Shown here piece by piece: positions 54,924 through 63,140 of a stretch of 63,140 nucleotides of DNA. The notes under the pieces are model-generated. The model did no database searches. It saw only the letters and a list, made by a program, of their open reading frames with translations, and was not told the origin of the DNA. The stretch is from Candidatus Saccharimonadia bacterium (GTDB lineage: Bacteria > Patescibacteriota > Saccharimonadia > CAILAD01 > CAZGYV01). The number at the start of each line of letters is the position of its first letter. Positions within the stretch are counted from its first letter, which is position 1. The DNA is taken from assembly GCA_041906885.1 (NCBI GenBank), contig JAYRII010000006.1, forward strand, positions 1 to 63,140, in the 5' to 3' direction. The position numbers and the translations under genes were made by a program.

Positions 54924-55231
54924 GATTCTTCTCCGGCAGCTGGCGGAGAAGAATGACAGAGGTGGGCAGCAGTTCAGATTGACAGCGCGGAGCTGGCCTG
55001 CTTGTTACCTTGGGTGTAAAAGCTGTCATCTTGAGCGTAGTCGAAAGATCTCTCGCCACGGTCATCCTGAACAGCGAGCTTGTGAGCGCGTTTCAGGATC
55101 TCGCCGGCACGGTTGTCATCCTAAAGCGTAGTCGAAAGATCTGCTGGCACAAGATATAGATCCTGAATCAAGTTCAGGATGACAGGAGCAGAGTTAGATG
55201 CGGAATGACAGAGTAAGTGGTTCAGGACGAC
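54924..55231. repeat. dense cluster of at least 7 hairpin arms of the GTCATYCT.../...RGATGAC family
   Basis: Examples are GTCATCTTGAGCGTAGTCGAAAGATCTC (55025), GTCATCCTGAACAGCGAGCTTGTGAGCGCGTTTCAGGATCTC (55061), GTCATCCTAAAGCGTAGTCGAAAGATCTGC (55115) and GATCCTGAATCAAGTTCAGGATGAC (55159). Confidence 0.8.
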
Positions 55232-55359
55232 AACGCGGAGCCGCCTTTTACGAGAAAGCACTGCTAGGCCGAGCTAAAATCGCCAAATGGTTGCCTAAAA
55301 CACCGTTTGCCGGGATAATATTAAGCATAAGAGTATTATTTGGTAGTTATTAAAGCAAC

Positions 55360-56160
55360 ATGGATAGAGCGCAGCTAGCATTTATACTAGAAATCATCTT
55401 TGGCGGTTTCGGTTTGCTCTTTGGCAGCTTCATCAACGCTTGGGTCTGGCGCGTCAAGAACGGCAAGAAGGTTAGTCGAGGCCGCTCAATGTGCCCACAT
55501 TGTAAATGTCAGCTAAAGTCTCGTGATTTAGTGCCAGTATTAAGTTTCATCTGGCTAAGAGGTCGTTGCCGATGTTGCAATAAGCCAATCTCTTGGCAAT
55601 ATCCGATCGTCGAGCTCATCACGGCATTTACTTTCATTTGCCTGGCAGCTTATTTCTTACCCTTGGCAAACCTGCAACTCTTCTCGCTCGCGATCTGGCT
55701 GGTGGTGGCGGTATTGGTGATCGCCGCAGCTGTCTACGACTACAAATGGATGATCTTACCAGATCGCTTCATGCTGCCCGCGATTGGCTTAGGCCTGGTC
55801 TACGTCGTCGGCTTGGCGCTCATGACTGGCCAAGTTACAGTTATCTGGCGGCTGGTAGCGGCTCTGATATTTGCTGGCTTTTTCTTCTCACTGTGGTATT
55901 TCTCGGGCGGTAAATGGATGGGCGACGGCGACATTCGGATCGGCTTCTTGATGGGATTGATGCTCTCACCAAGCCAGCTGATAGTGGCTATCTTCTTGGC
56001 CTTCAATATCGCCGCAGTCGTGTCGCTGGTGCTGATTGCAACCAAGCTGCGCACGCGCAAAGACCTCATCCCATTTGGCCCCTTCCTGATCCTGGGTATG
56101 TTTCTAGGCCTATTCTTGGGCGAACGACTGGTGGCTTGGTACACGAATTTCTTGGTATAG
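55360..56160 (+). CDS. pilD: prepilin peptidase (A24 family, PilD)
   Basis: 'CPHCKCQL...LRGRCRCCNKPISWQYPIVE' zinc motif, multiple TM segments, and 'GGKWMGDGDIRIG'. Confidence 0.9.
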   Translation: MDRAQLAFILEIIFGGFGLLFGSFINAWVWRVKNGKKVSRGRSMCPHCKCQLKSRDLVPVLSFIWLRGRCRCCNKPISWQYPIVELITAFTFICLAAYFLPLANLQLFSLAIWLVVAVLVIAAAVYDYKWMILPDRFMLPAIGLGLVYVVGLALMTGQVTVIWRLVAALIFAGFFFSLWYFSGGKWMGDGDIRIGFLMGLMLSPSQLIVAIFLAFNIAAVVSLVLIATKLRTRKDLIPFGPFLILGMFLGLFLGERLVAWYTNFLV

Positions 56161-56221
56161 ACTTGATTAAAAATAGTTAAAATGCGTGCTATAATGAAGC
56201 GTAAGGATTATATAGGTATTT

Positions 56222-56989
56222 ATGCCGATAATTAAAAACAAAAAGAGATTCATCAATCCTAGAGCTAGCGGCGTCACCTTGATCGAAGTGATGATTGTGC
56301 TGGCTATTTCGGGCGTGCTGATTTTAGCCGCCATCGGAACCTTTGGTGCCCGTAGTGGGGTGGTATTTAATGCCTCGATTGATACTGTGGCCAGTGATCT
56401 GCGCACCGTTGCTAGTGAGACGCGTAATGGCCTGGGGGCATCTGGAAGCAGTGATACGACCTGCGTAGCGACGTCCGAAACCTGCCAGCTAGGTGATAAA
56501 TATGGACCTAATACCCCAATACCATCCGGTAGTGCCATCTACGGTGAGGCAGTTGAGTTCAATAATAACCACTGTCCTGGCGCTGGTGGTAGCACCACCT
56601 CCTGCATGATCGTTTATAAGTTGAGCAAGCCAAACGGTACTGGTGCCGGATCGAATGTTGTGACGCCTTACGAGCGCTATGTCATATTCTTGCCTTCTAA
56701 CCTGAAGTTTGAATTTACGGGCAATAATCCCTTGGTGGTCTACACCAATGCTGGCGAAGCCTTCAGCTTTACTATCAATAATACTGCACCAGCAGGGGGT
56801 GGGGGATCACCGATTACGACGGTCGCGACCAAGTTTTCATCCACTTTGGCAAGTGATTCAACTAAATATACATCTAAAACCGCTCCGAATATCAGAATCG
56901 TAGACAAGTCCAACTCAAGTATGCAAGCTAAGCTCAATATCGATATGAATACACCGATCAATATCACAGTTGAGAGGGACGCACCATGA
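56222..56989 (+). CDS. minor pilin-like protein (prepilin-type N-terminal domain)
   Basis: 'RASGVTLIEVMIVLAISGVLILA'. Confidence 0.75.
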   Translation: MPIIKNKKRFINPRASGVTLIEVMIVLAISGVLILAAIGTFGARSGVVFNASIDTVASDLRTVASETRNGLGASGSSDTTCVATSETCQLGDKYGPNTPIPSGSAIYGEAVEFNNNHCPGAGGSTTSCMIVYKLSKPNGTGAGSNVVTPYERYVIFLPSNLKFEFTGNNPLVVYTNAGEAFSFTINNTAPAGGGGSPITTVATKFSSTLASDSTKYTSKTAPNIRIVDKSNSSMQAKLNIDMNTPINITVERDAP

Positions 56990-57585
56990 TCACCCTAAAA
57001 AACCTCAAACAAAAATTCAAGCACCGGAGCAAACGCGGCGACACCTTGATCGAAGTAATTTTTGCCCTTGTCATCATCGGCTTTATCATTATGGTGGCGA
57101 TTCAAGGCGCGCTTAATGCCAATCGGGCAGCCCGCGATGCCCAGCTCCGCACGCAAGGCCAGCTCTGGGCGACTGCACAGATAGAGGTGATCAGAGTAAT
57201 TCGCAATGCGCGGTTTTGGTCGGATGTGGAGGGTGATCCAGGGAACTTTGTTCAAAACCAGCTAGTGACAAATTTTCACATACCTGTTGGTACTCTCGTC
57301 GGTTCAGATTTTGTTTGTCCGCCTGGACCACCTCCAGCTGACGCGCTAGATTCTTGGCCGTTTCACGCTAGAATTGATGATGGTACCGGCAGTCCCGATC
57401 TTGTGTCCGGCTCGGAAGTGTTCGAATCCTACACCATAAAAAATACTGCTAGGCTCACTAACTGTCCTAAATACCACAATGACTCAGTCGAAGTAACGAC
57501 GGAAGTGACTTGGCTCAACAGTGCCGGTGGCACTGAAACCGTTAGATTAATTAATTATCTCACCCGAGAGTCGAAGGATAGCTAG
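56986..57585 (+). CDS. minor pilin-like protein
   Basis: 'KRGDTLIEVIFALVIIGFIIMV'. Start overlaps the upstream stop (ATGA). Confidence 0.7.
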   Translation: MITLKNLKQKFKHRSKRGDTLIEVIFALVIIGFIIMVAIQGALNANRAARDAQLRTQGQLWATAQIEVIRVIRNARFWSDVEGDPGNFVQNQLVTNFHIPVGTLVGSDFVCPPGPPPADALDSWPFHARIDDGTGSPDLVSGSEVFESYTIKNTARLTNCPKYHNDSVEVTTEVTWLNSAGGTETVRLINYLTRESKDS

Positions 57586-57586
57586 G

Positions 57587-58210
57587 ATGAGACGTCTCCG
57601 AATAAATAATCTAATTAAGAAACCAGGTGGTGGCGGCTACACCATCATCGAGTTGATGTTTGCAGTGGTAAATTTTTCATTTGTCATGATAATCGCACTA
57701 TCAGCCTTTGTGGTGGTGATGAGGGTTTACAATAAATCAGCCTTCACGCGCCAGACTCAGCAGGTGGGTCGAGCAGCGATTGATAAGATGATTAGTGATA
57801 TTAGGTTGGCTACTCTGGTGAATACTGGTTATCCGCCTACGTATATATCTCCAAGTGATACAATGTGCCTCCAAATTAGCAGCGCCTCGGGCAGCTCAGT
57901 GCGCTATGCCAAGGTGATAGTGCCAAGTACGACGAGGAATAAGATTACGCGTACGACCTTTTCGGATACAAATTGTGGAACATCACTGGTCAGTGAGAAT
58001 TTGACGCCGGATGATTTTGATGTGACAGGTCTCCAATTTATACAAGTGATTGAAGATGCGCATGTCATCGAGGGTGGAGTTACGAAGAAAGGCACCGGTA
58101 TTTCTATCGATCTAACACTTGCCAAAGGAACTGCCTCACCTGATCCGAGCGACCCTTTCTATAATGCGACTAACTTGAGGACATTTGTTAATGCTCGAGG
58201 TGGTAGCTAA
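57587..58210 (+). CDS. minor pilin-like protein
   Basis: 'GGGGYTIIELMFAVVNFSFVMII'. Confidence 0.7.
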   Translation: MRRLRINNLIKKPGGGGYTIIELMFAVVNFSFVMIIALSAFVVVMRVYNKSAFTRQTQQVGRAAIDKMISDIRLATLVNTGYPPTYISPSDTMCLQISSASGSSVRYAKVIVPSTTRNKITRTTFSDTNCGTSLVSENLTPDDFDVTGLQFIQVIEDAHVIEGGVTKKGTGISIDLTLAKGTASPDPSDPFYNATNLRTFVNARGGS

Positions 58211-58268
58211 GGGATTGTATTTGTCGGACAAAACGTTATAATTAAGCAAAGAAAAGCATAACCAAGAT

Positions 58269-59441
58269 ATGAAAGTAAGTAGATATAAAGATATAAAAGA
58301 GTTAAGGCGAGGTGTCGCTTCTTTAATGGTGACAGTGGCCTTTGCCATACTTTTTGTGGTGGTGGTGGTGGGTCTGACAGCTCTGTCGATTCGTGAGCAG
58401 CGTCAGGCCGGTGACACCGACCAGAGTAACCGCGCCTTTGCGGCAGCTGAGGCGGGCATCAAGGACGCTCTATCGATGCTAGATGTGGATGCTAACAAAA
58501 CCATTGGTAGCTGTTCAGATGCTGAGGCTCACAAAAATCTCGACGGGCCGGACTATGGCTATACTTGTCTAACCATCACGCAGCAACCAGGTGATATCGA
58601 CAGTCGGGGTGACAAAGACGAGAGTAAGTCAGCTTATGTCTTCATGGCCGGCCAACCCTTACCAAATGGTGGTGGTGGTGATGACAAAGCTTGGGCTGAT
58701 CACCTCAATCTGTACTGGAGCCGCAAGGCTTCGGGCGATAAGCCACCCCTTAGTTCATTGTCTGGCCCGCTTTATCCTGCTTACGATGGATCGACCCCTT
58801 GGAATCAGCCAGCCGGCGTCGAGCTGACATTTATTTACTGGAAAGTATCTAATCCAATCAATGAAACTTCAATTGATGTGGCTAGTGGTAGCTTTGATGG
58901 TAATAAAAGTCTCATGACCAAGACCTTCTTAATTATGCCGGGCCAGGCGGGCTCAAACAAGGATGATGGCTCACCGGTGCACGGAATTCCCCCAACTCCC
59001 AAGATTCAATCGAGTTGTAACATTCCTCTATCTGGGCCAACCACACCTACATTGAAGAAAGAGTATTACTGCAAGCTTATGCAGAGTGGCAAAGCTAGTG
59101 ATGGCATCGATCTAAGAAATATCGTCTTTGATGGTGGCGACCCAAAAGATTATCGCTTTGTTTTCAAGCTCAAGCCACGCTACAGTGCGACTAGTTACTA
59201 CGCTGGTTTTACAGCTGGTACAGGACCAGATAAACAGACTTTGGTACCAGCTACCTCGGCTCTGATTGATGTGACAGCCAAATCAGGTAATCTCTACAAG
59301 CGATTACGGGCAGAACGCTCACTTGAGACCAGGGCACGGGGAACAGTCTTTGACTCAGCTGTCTTCTCCGGTACTGATATTTGTAAGAACCTCAGTGTCG
59401 ATAGCTCTAACAACACCAAGAGCTATAACACCTGCGACTAA
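58269..59441 (+). CDS. PilX-like pilus assembly protein
   Basis: N-terminal TM segment followed by 'QSNRAFAAAEAGIKDAL', the PilX_N-type motif. Confidence 0.55.
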   Translation: MKVSRYKDIKELRRGVASLMVTVAFAILFVVVVVGLTALSIREQRQAGDTDQSNRAFAAAEAGIKDALSMLDVDANKTIGSCSDAEAHKNLDGPDYGYTCLTITQQPGDIDSRGDKDESKSAYVFMAGQPLPNGGGGDDKAWADHLNLYWSRKASGDKPPLSSLSGPLYPAYDGSTPWNQPAGVELTFIYWKVSNPINETSIDVASGSFDGNKSLMTKTFLIMPGQAGSNKDDGSPVHGIPPTPKIQSSCNIPLSGPTTPTLKKEYYCKLMQSGKASDGIDLRNIVFDGGDPKDYRFVFKLKPRYSATSYYAGFTAGTGPDKQTLVPATSALIDVTAKSGNLYKRLRAERSLETRARGTVFDSAVFSGTDICKNLSVDSSNNTKSYNTCD

Positions 59442-59498
59442 TCCGCGCCAAGCAATGCAGCGCGCAGCGTAAGCACCTACTTAAAAAGCTAGTTGTTT

Positions 59499-60413
59499 TT
59501 ATTTATTACCGGAGTGAAACTTCTTGTGGACTTCCTTGAGCTGGGGGTCGGTCAGGTGAGTGTAGACTTGAGTGGTCGAGATATTACTGTGGCCGAGCAT
59601 CGACTGGACGCTTCTGAGATCGGCCCCGTTGACCAGTAAGTCGGTCGCAAAGGAGTGGCGCAGAGTATGCGGCGTGACCCGCTTGGTGATACCAGCCAGC
59701 TTACCATAACGCTCGACTGAGCGCTGGATCGAGCGAGTCGTCAGCCGGGTGTAATTGCCATAATCTATCTCTGTCTTAGAGCCACTATAGTGTATAAAAA
59801 GCGGCTCAAAATTGTCAGTTCGGTCTTTGAGGTAATTTTCGAGTGCTATGACGGCATCCCTCGACAGATAAACGGGACGATCTTTTTGGCCTTTGCCGCG
59901 GATAGTAAATTCACCTCGTGCTAGGTTGATACTATTGCGGTTGAGACTGGTAAGCTCAGAGACGCGCAGGCCGCTGGAGAAGAGTAACTCCAAAATTGCC
60001 AAATCACGTAAGCCGATCACGGTTGACTTGTCAACTGCCTTAAATAATCTATCTACTTCGTCGCGCGCCAGGAAGCTGACCTGAGGGCGCTTGACAGTAG
60101 CTAGCTCGATTTTATCAGCTGGCAAAGTCTTGACGTTGCGTCTGGCCAAATACTTTAGGAAACTGCGCAAAGCGATCAGGTGGTAATTCTGGGTGGTCCG
60201 ACTAATAGTCCGGCCGTCTTCGGATCGAAAGCGATTTAGCCACTGGCGCCATTTGGTGATCATATCAAGGTCAATCTCGCTGACTTTAACCTCATCGCCG
60301 GCAAAGTCAAGGAAGCGATTGAGGTAATGAGAGTAATTTTCGATCGTTTTGAGGCTGCGACCCTTCTCGACTTCAAGGTAGTCGAGAAAATCGCCCATGT
60401 ATTCGGCAAACAT
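59499..60413 (-). CDS. tyrosine recombinase, XerC/XerD family
   Basis: Core-binding N-domain and a catalytic 'R...HTLRHSFAT...LGHSNISTTQVYTH' (R-H-R-H-Y pattern). Start at the ATG at 60413 rather than the tracked TTG at 60449. Confidence 0.85.
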   Translation of the reverse strand: MFAEYMGDFLDYLEVEKGRSLKTIENYSHYLNRFLDFAGDEVKVSEIDLDMITKWRQWLNRFRSEDGRTISRTTQNYHLIALRSFLKYLARRNVKTLPADKIELATVKRPQVSFLARDEVDRLFKAVDKSTVIGLRDLAILELLFSSGLRVSELTSLNRNSINLARGEFTIRGKGQKDRPVYLSRDAVIALENYLKDRTDNFEPLFIHYSGSKTEIDYGNYTRLTTRSIQRSVERYGKLAGITKRVTPHTLRHSFATDLLVNGADLRSVQSMLGHSNISTTQVYTHLTDPQLKEVHKKFHSGNK

Positions 60414-60492
60414 ACCTTTTAGGATAAGCGTTTTATTTGCAGGGTGCAAGCTCCTCTTTACTTTTGAACAGTTCCTCCTTCATCCTTAGCTA

Positions 60493-60610
60493 GATTCTTC
60501 ACTCCGTTTGAGAATGACAACATACCAACCGTCATCCTCAAGCAACAGTCGAAGGATCTATTCCCCCCAAACACCCATCATGTCATCCTGAACTCGTTTC
60601 AGGATCTGTC
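60493..60610. repeat. three hairpin arms of the same repeat family
   Basis: GATTCTTCACTCCGTTTGAGAATGAC, GTCATCCTCAAGCAACAGTCGAAGGATCT and GTCATCCTGAACTCGTTTCAGGATCT. Confidence 0.75.
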
Positions 60611-60643
60611 TATAATTAGAAAATAATTTTTTTATCTTTCTCT

Positions 60644-60790
60644 TTTACTACCTTTTAGCGTAAAAGGTAGTACCAAAAGCATGAGCCTCTAGTTCGCAAA
60701 CAAGTGGTTGCTAAATAAGTCATTCTAATTACTAAGCGAGAACTCACTCGCCTTTGGCTCGCTCAAACAGCTCGCTTAGGTTCTGGCTTT
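60644..60790 (+). repeat. copy 1 of a direct repeat of about 145 bp flanking mnmG
   Basis: TTTACTACCTTTTAGCGTAAAAGGTAGTACCAAAAGCATGAGCC...GCGAGAACTCACTCGCC...CTCAAACAGCTCGC. Highly similar to 62999-63140. Confidence 0.75.
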
Positions 60791-61082
60791 AAAAAAGCCA
60801 GACCACTCGAATGACTTATCAGCAGTGGCTTGTTGCTCCAGGCTCGAGGAGGAGTTATTCCCACTGTGCCATCGAAAAAACAGAAAGACGAACTAGGATT
60901 TTAGCTGAAATAGAAATACAGCTTAGAGCTGTAAGCGAGTCTGTATTTCCAGGCAAAATCATACTTTGGTACTTCTAGCTTTTGAGCCCTAGGCGCGAGA
61001 AATCTTTTGCTACTTTTGGATTATTCAAAAGTAGAGGGAGAGATGACTTTTGAGCTCAATTGGTCTATAATTCATAAGATTT

Positions 61083-62927
61083 ATGGCGAAGTTAAGTCAA
61101 TATGACGTTGTGGTAGTTGGGGCTGGTCACGCCGGCTGTGAAGCTGCTGTAGCAGCTGCCAAACTAGGTGCGAAAATTGCTCTAATCACCACCAATTTAG
61201 CAAAAGTGGCAGCTTTGCCATGCAACCCGTCGGTTGGCGGGCCAGGCAAGGGCCACATTGTGCGTGAAATTGACGCTTTGGGCGGCATTATGGCTCGCGT
61301 GGTGGATAAAAGCGCTATTCAGATCAAAGAGCTCAATACCTCTAAAGGCCCAGCAGTCAGGGCCTATCGAGCTCAGCTCGATCGTAGCTGCTACAATCAG
61401 AATATGGTTGAGATTTTGCAGTCCACAGACGGACTGGAATTGATCGAGGATGGGGTCAGCGGTGTGGAGGCAAAGGACGGCCAGATAGTTGGAGTGGTGA
61501 CGGTGGCTAGAGGGCTAATTAGAGCTAAAACGGTTATAGTCTGCTCAGGGACATTTTTGAATGGTGAGATTATTGTTGGGCCAAAAATCATCAAAAAGGG
61601 TGGCCGAATTGACGAGGCTAGTGTAGCCGGTCTAACCGAATCGCTGCGAAAGCTGGGGTTAAAGTCAGGTCGTCTCAAGACTGGCACGCCACCACGCATC
61701 AGGCGGAGTAGTATTGACTATTCTAGGCTGGAGGAGGCTCCAGGCATGGGCGGCAAGATTAGTTTTTCGCACCCAGACAGAGAATTAATGCCGCTTGGCG
61801 AGCAGGTATTGTGCTGGCTAACCTATACCAATCACACAACCCATCAGTTGATCTTAGATAATTATCATCTATCGGGTAATATCTCAGGCATGATTACTGA
61901 GTCTGGACCGAGAAGCTGTCCGAGTATTGATCTGAAAGTAAAGAATTTTCCAGATCGTGAGCGGCACCCCATATTTATTGAGCCAGTCGGTACCGAAGAC
62001 GGTCCTGATGGTGAGTTAATGTACCTGCAAGGCTGCTCGACAGCTTTTGCACCGGACATGCAAGAGAAAATTTTTCGATCGATTGAGGGCTTAGAAAAAG
62101 CCGAATTTATCGAGTATGGCTACGCCGTTCGTTATGACTTTTTCCCGCCCCATCAACTGACTCGGAGCTTGAGTACAAAAGTTGTACAAGGTCTTTATCT
62201 TGCAGGTCAAATGAATGGCACAACTGGCTACGAAGAGGCGGCCGCGCAGGGCCTAATGGCTGGTATTAACGCTGCTAGATTTGTCAAAAAGTTAGAGCCT
62301 TTTGTGCTTGATAGGACAGAGAGCTATATTGGTGTTTTGATCGAAGATCTAGTGACTAAAACTCACGCTGAACCATATCGGATGTTTACCTCGAGAGCTG
62401 AATACAGGCTCTTACTCAGAAATGACAATGCCAGTAGCCGCTTGGCGCGAAAGGGATATGAGATTGGTTTGGTAGACGGGGCAACATTAGATAGAGTAGA
62501 AGCAAGACAACAGTCAATAAGGCGCGAGATTAGTGAGCTTAAGCGATACAAGATTATACATGACGGTAAAAGCACGACAGCCTATCAATTCTTGAAGCGC
62601 CCGGAGGTGAATCACCAGATACTAAAAGCCAAATACGGCATTGCTCTGCCTGAAGATGTCGCTAGCAGCGTAGAAATAGAGGTTAAGTACGAGGGTTATT
62701 TTGAGCGCCAGAAACATGATGCGGAGAAGCTACACCAATGGCGCACCTTTGTTCTCTCTGATGAGATTGATTATGATGCGATCACCGGGATACGCAATGA
62801 GGCTCGAGCCAGACTGAAGGAAACCAAGCCAGAATCTATTGCCCAGGCCATGCAGATCCAAGGCATCACTCCGGCTGATCTGAACATACTGATGGTCTCG
62901 GCTCACGCGCAGGACAAGGCCTCTTAA
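61083..62927 (+). CDS. mnmG: tRNA uridine 5-carboxymethylaminomethyl modification enzyme MnmG (GidA)
   Basis: 'YDVVVVGAGHAGCEAA' FAD motif and 'YAVRYDFFPPHQL...GLYLAGQMNGTTGYEEAAAQG'. Confidence 0.95.
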   Translation: MAKLSQYDVVVVGAGHAGCEAAVAAAKLGAKIALITTNLAKVAALPCNPSVGGPGKGHIVREIDALGGIMARVVDKSAIQIKELNTSKGPAVRAYRAQLDRSCYNQNMVEILQSTDGLELIEDGVSGVEAKDGQIVGVVTVARGLIRAKTVIVCSGTFLNGEIIVGPKIIKKGGRIDEASVAGLTESLRKLGLKSGRLKTGTPPRIRRSSIDYSRLEEAPGMGGKISFSHPDRELMPLGEQVLCWLTYTNHTTHQLILDNYHLSGNISGMITESGPRSCPSIDLKVKNFPDRERHPIFIEPVGTEDGPDGELMYLQGCSTAFAPDMQEKIFRSIEGLEKAEFIEYGYAVRYDFFPPHQLTRSLSTKVVQGLYLAGQMNGTTGYEEAAAQGLMAGINAARFVKKLEPFVLDRTESYIGVLIEDLVTKTHAEPYRMFTSRAEYRLLLRNDNASSRLARKGYEIGLVDGATLDRVEARQQSIRREISELKRYKIIHDGKSTTAYQFLKRPEVNHQILKAKYGIALPEDVASSVEIEVKYEGYFERQKHDAEKLHQWRTFVLSDEIDYDAITGIRNEARARLKETKPESIAQAMQIQGITPADLNILMVSAHAQDKAS

Positions 62928-62998
62928 ATAGGACTTCTACTTTACTTAAAAGTAAGCAAAAACTCCCCCTACTTTTGGGTTACGGCCAAAAATCCTTC

Positions 62999-63140
62999 TT
63001 TCACTACCTTTTAACGTAAAAGGTAGTACCAAAAGCATGAGCCTTTATGTCGCAAGCAAGTGGGTCTTATGAACTGTTATATCACTACCAGGCGAGAACT
63101 CACTCGCCTAAAAGCTCACTCAAACAGCTCGCCTGGTTTA
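62999..63140 (+). repeat. copy 2 of the direct repeat of about 145 bp (runs to the window edge)
   Basis: TTCACTACCTTTTAACGTAAAAGGTAGTACCAAAAGCATGAGCC...GCGAGAACTCACTCGCC...CTCAAACAGCTCGCC. Confidence 0.75.

Noticed and set aside
54865-55131. An 88-aa ORF (also 52543-52725 and 32328-32516) lying in repeat-filled spacers
   Set aside because: The translations are just read-through of palindromic repeat arms. They have no ribosome-binding site and no protein-like composition.
54924-55231. Possible CRISPR array, given clustered short repeats
   Set aside because: The repeats are variable palindromic arms in both orientations with irregular spacing. They lack the uniform repeat/spacer periodicity of an array, and there are no cas genes in the window.
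55593-56180. ORFs 55593-55913 (+), 55800-56144 (-) and 55914-56180 (+) overlapping pilD
   Set aside because: These are alternative frames of a GC-richer membrane-protein gene. The pilD frame carries the A24 peptidase motifs.
57415-57435. tRNA T-loop-like string GTTCGAATCC
   Set aside because: It lies inside a minor-pilin CDS, and flanking sequence cannot form a T-stem or acceptor stem. No tRNA genes were recognised anywhere in the window.
60450-61082. Possible oriC next to mnmG (gidA)
   Set aside because: No TTATCCACA-type DnaA boxes or AT-rich unwinding repeats were seen. The spacer is composed of repeat-family hairpins instead.

Overview
This 63-kb window looks like the chromosome of a small-genome, CPR/Patescibacteria-type bacterium. 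Gene content and the type IV pilus locus fit Saccharibacteria/TM7, but that is inference and no search was run. All calls come from reading the ORF translations for family motifs and reading the DNA by eye.

The backbone is housekeeping: dnaG-rpoD, polA, fpg, holA, rpsT, a DHH gene-truB-rpsO-pnp, family-4 UDG, RNase J, an ABC exporter, ftsK, a rodZ-like gene, yajQ, recA-recX, rpsF-ssb-rpsR, efp, ychF, xer and mnmG. From 38.1 to 59.4 kb lies a roughly 21-kb type IV pilus locus. It holds three large secreted or membrane proteins, pilMNO, pilB, pilT, pilC, four pilin genes, pilD and four minor-pilin-like genes. A RHH/RelE-ParE toxin-antitoxin pair precedes it.

I recognised no rRNA, tRNA or CRISPR array.

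The most unusual signals are:
- A dispersed 68-70-bp double-hairpin element (GTCAT...ATGAC termini) litters the intergenic spacers. One copy sits in frame inside ychF, a degraded copy sits inside polA, and another lies in a pilin leader region. This resembles Rickettsia palindromic elements.
- Two convergent pilin genes share a perfect 136-bp inverted repeat covering the 5' UTR and the N-terminal codons.
- A gene-free, hairpin-dense stretch of about 490 nt has its own promoter and terminator. It is a candidate structured RNA of unknown class.
- Two large proteins upstream of pilM share a paralogous C-terminal module.
- The DnaG zinc ribbon lacks all four metal ligands.
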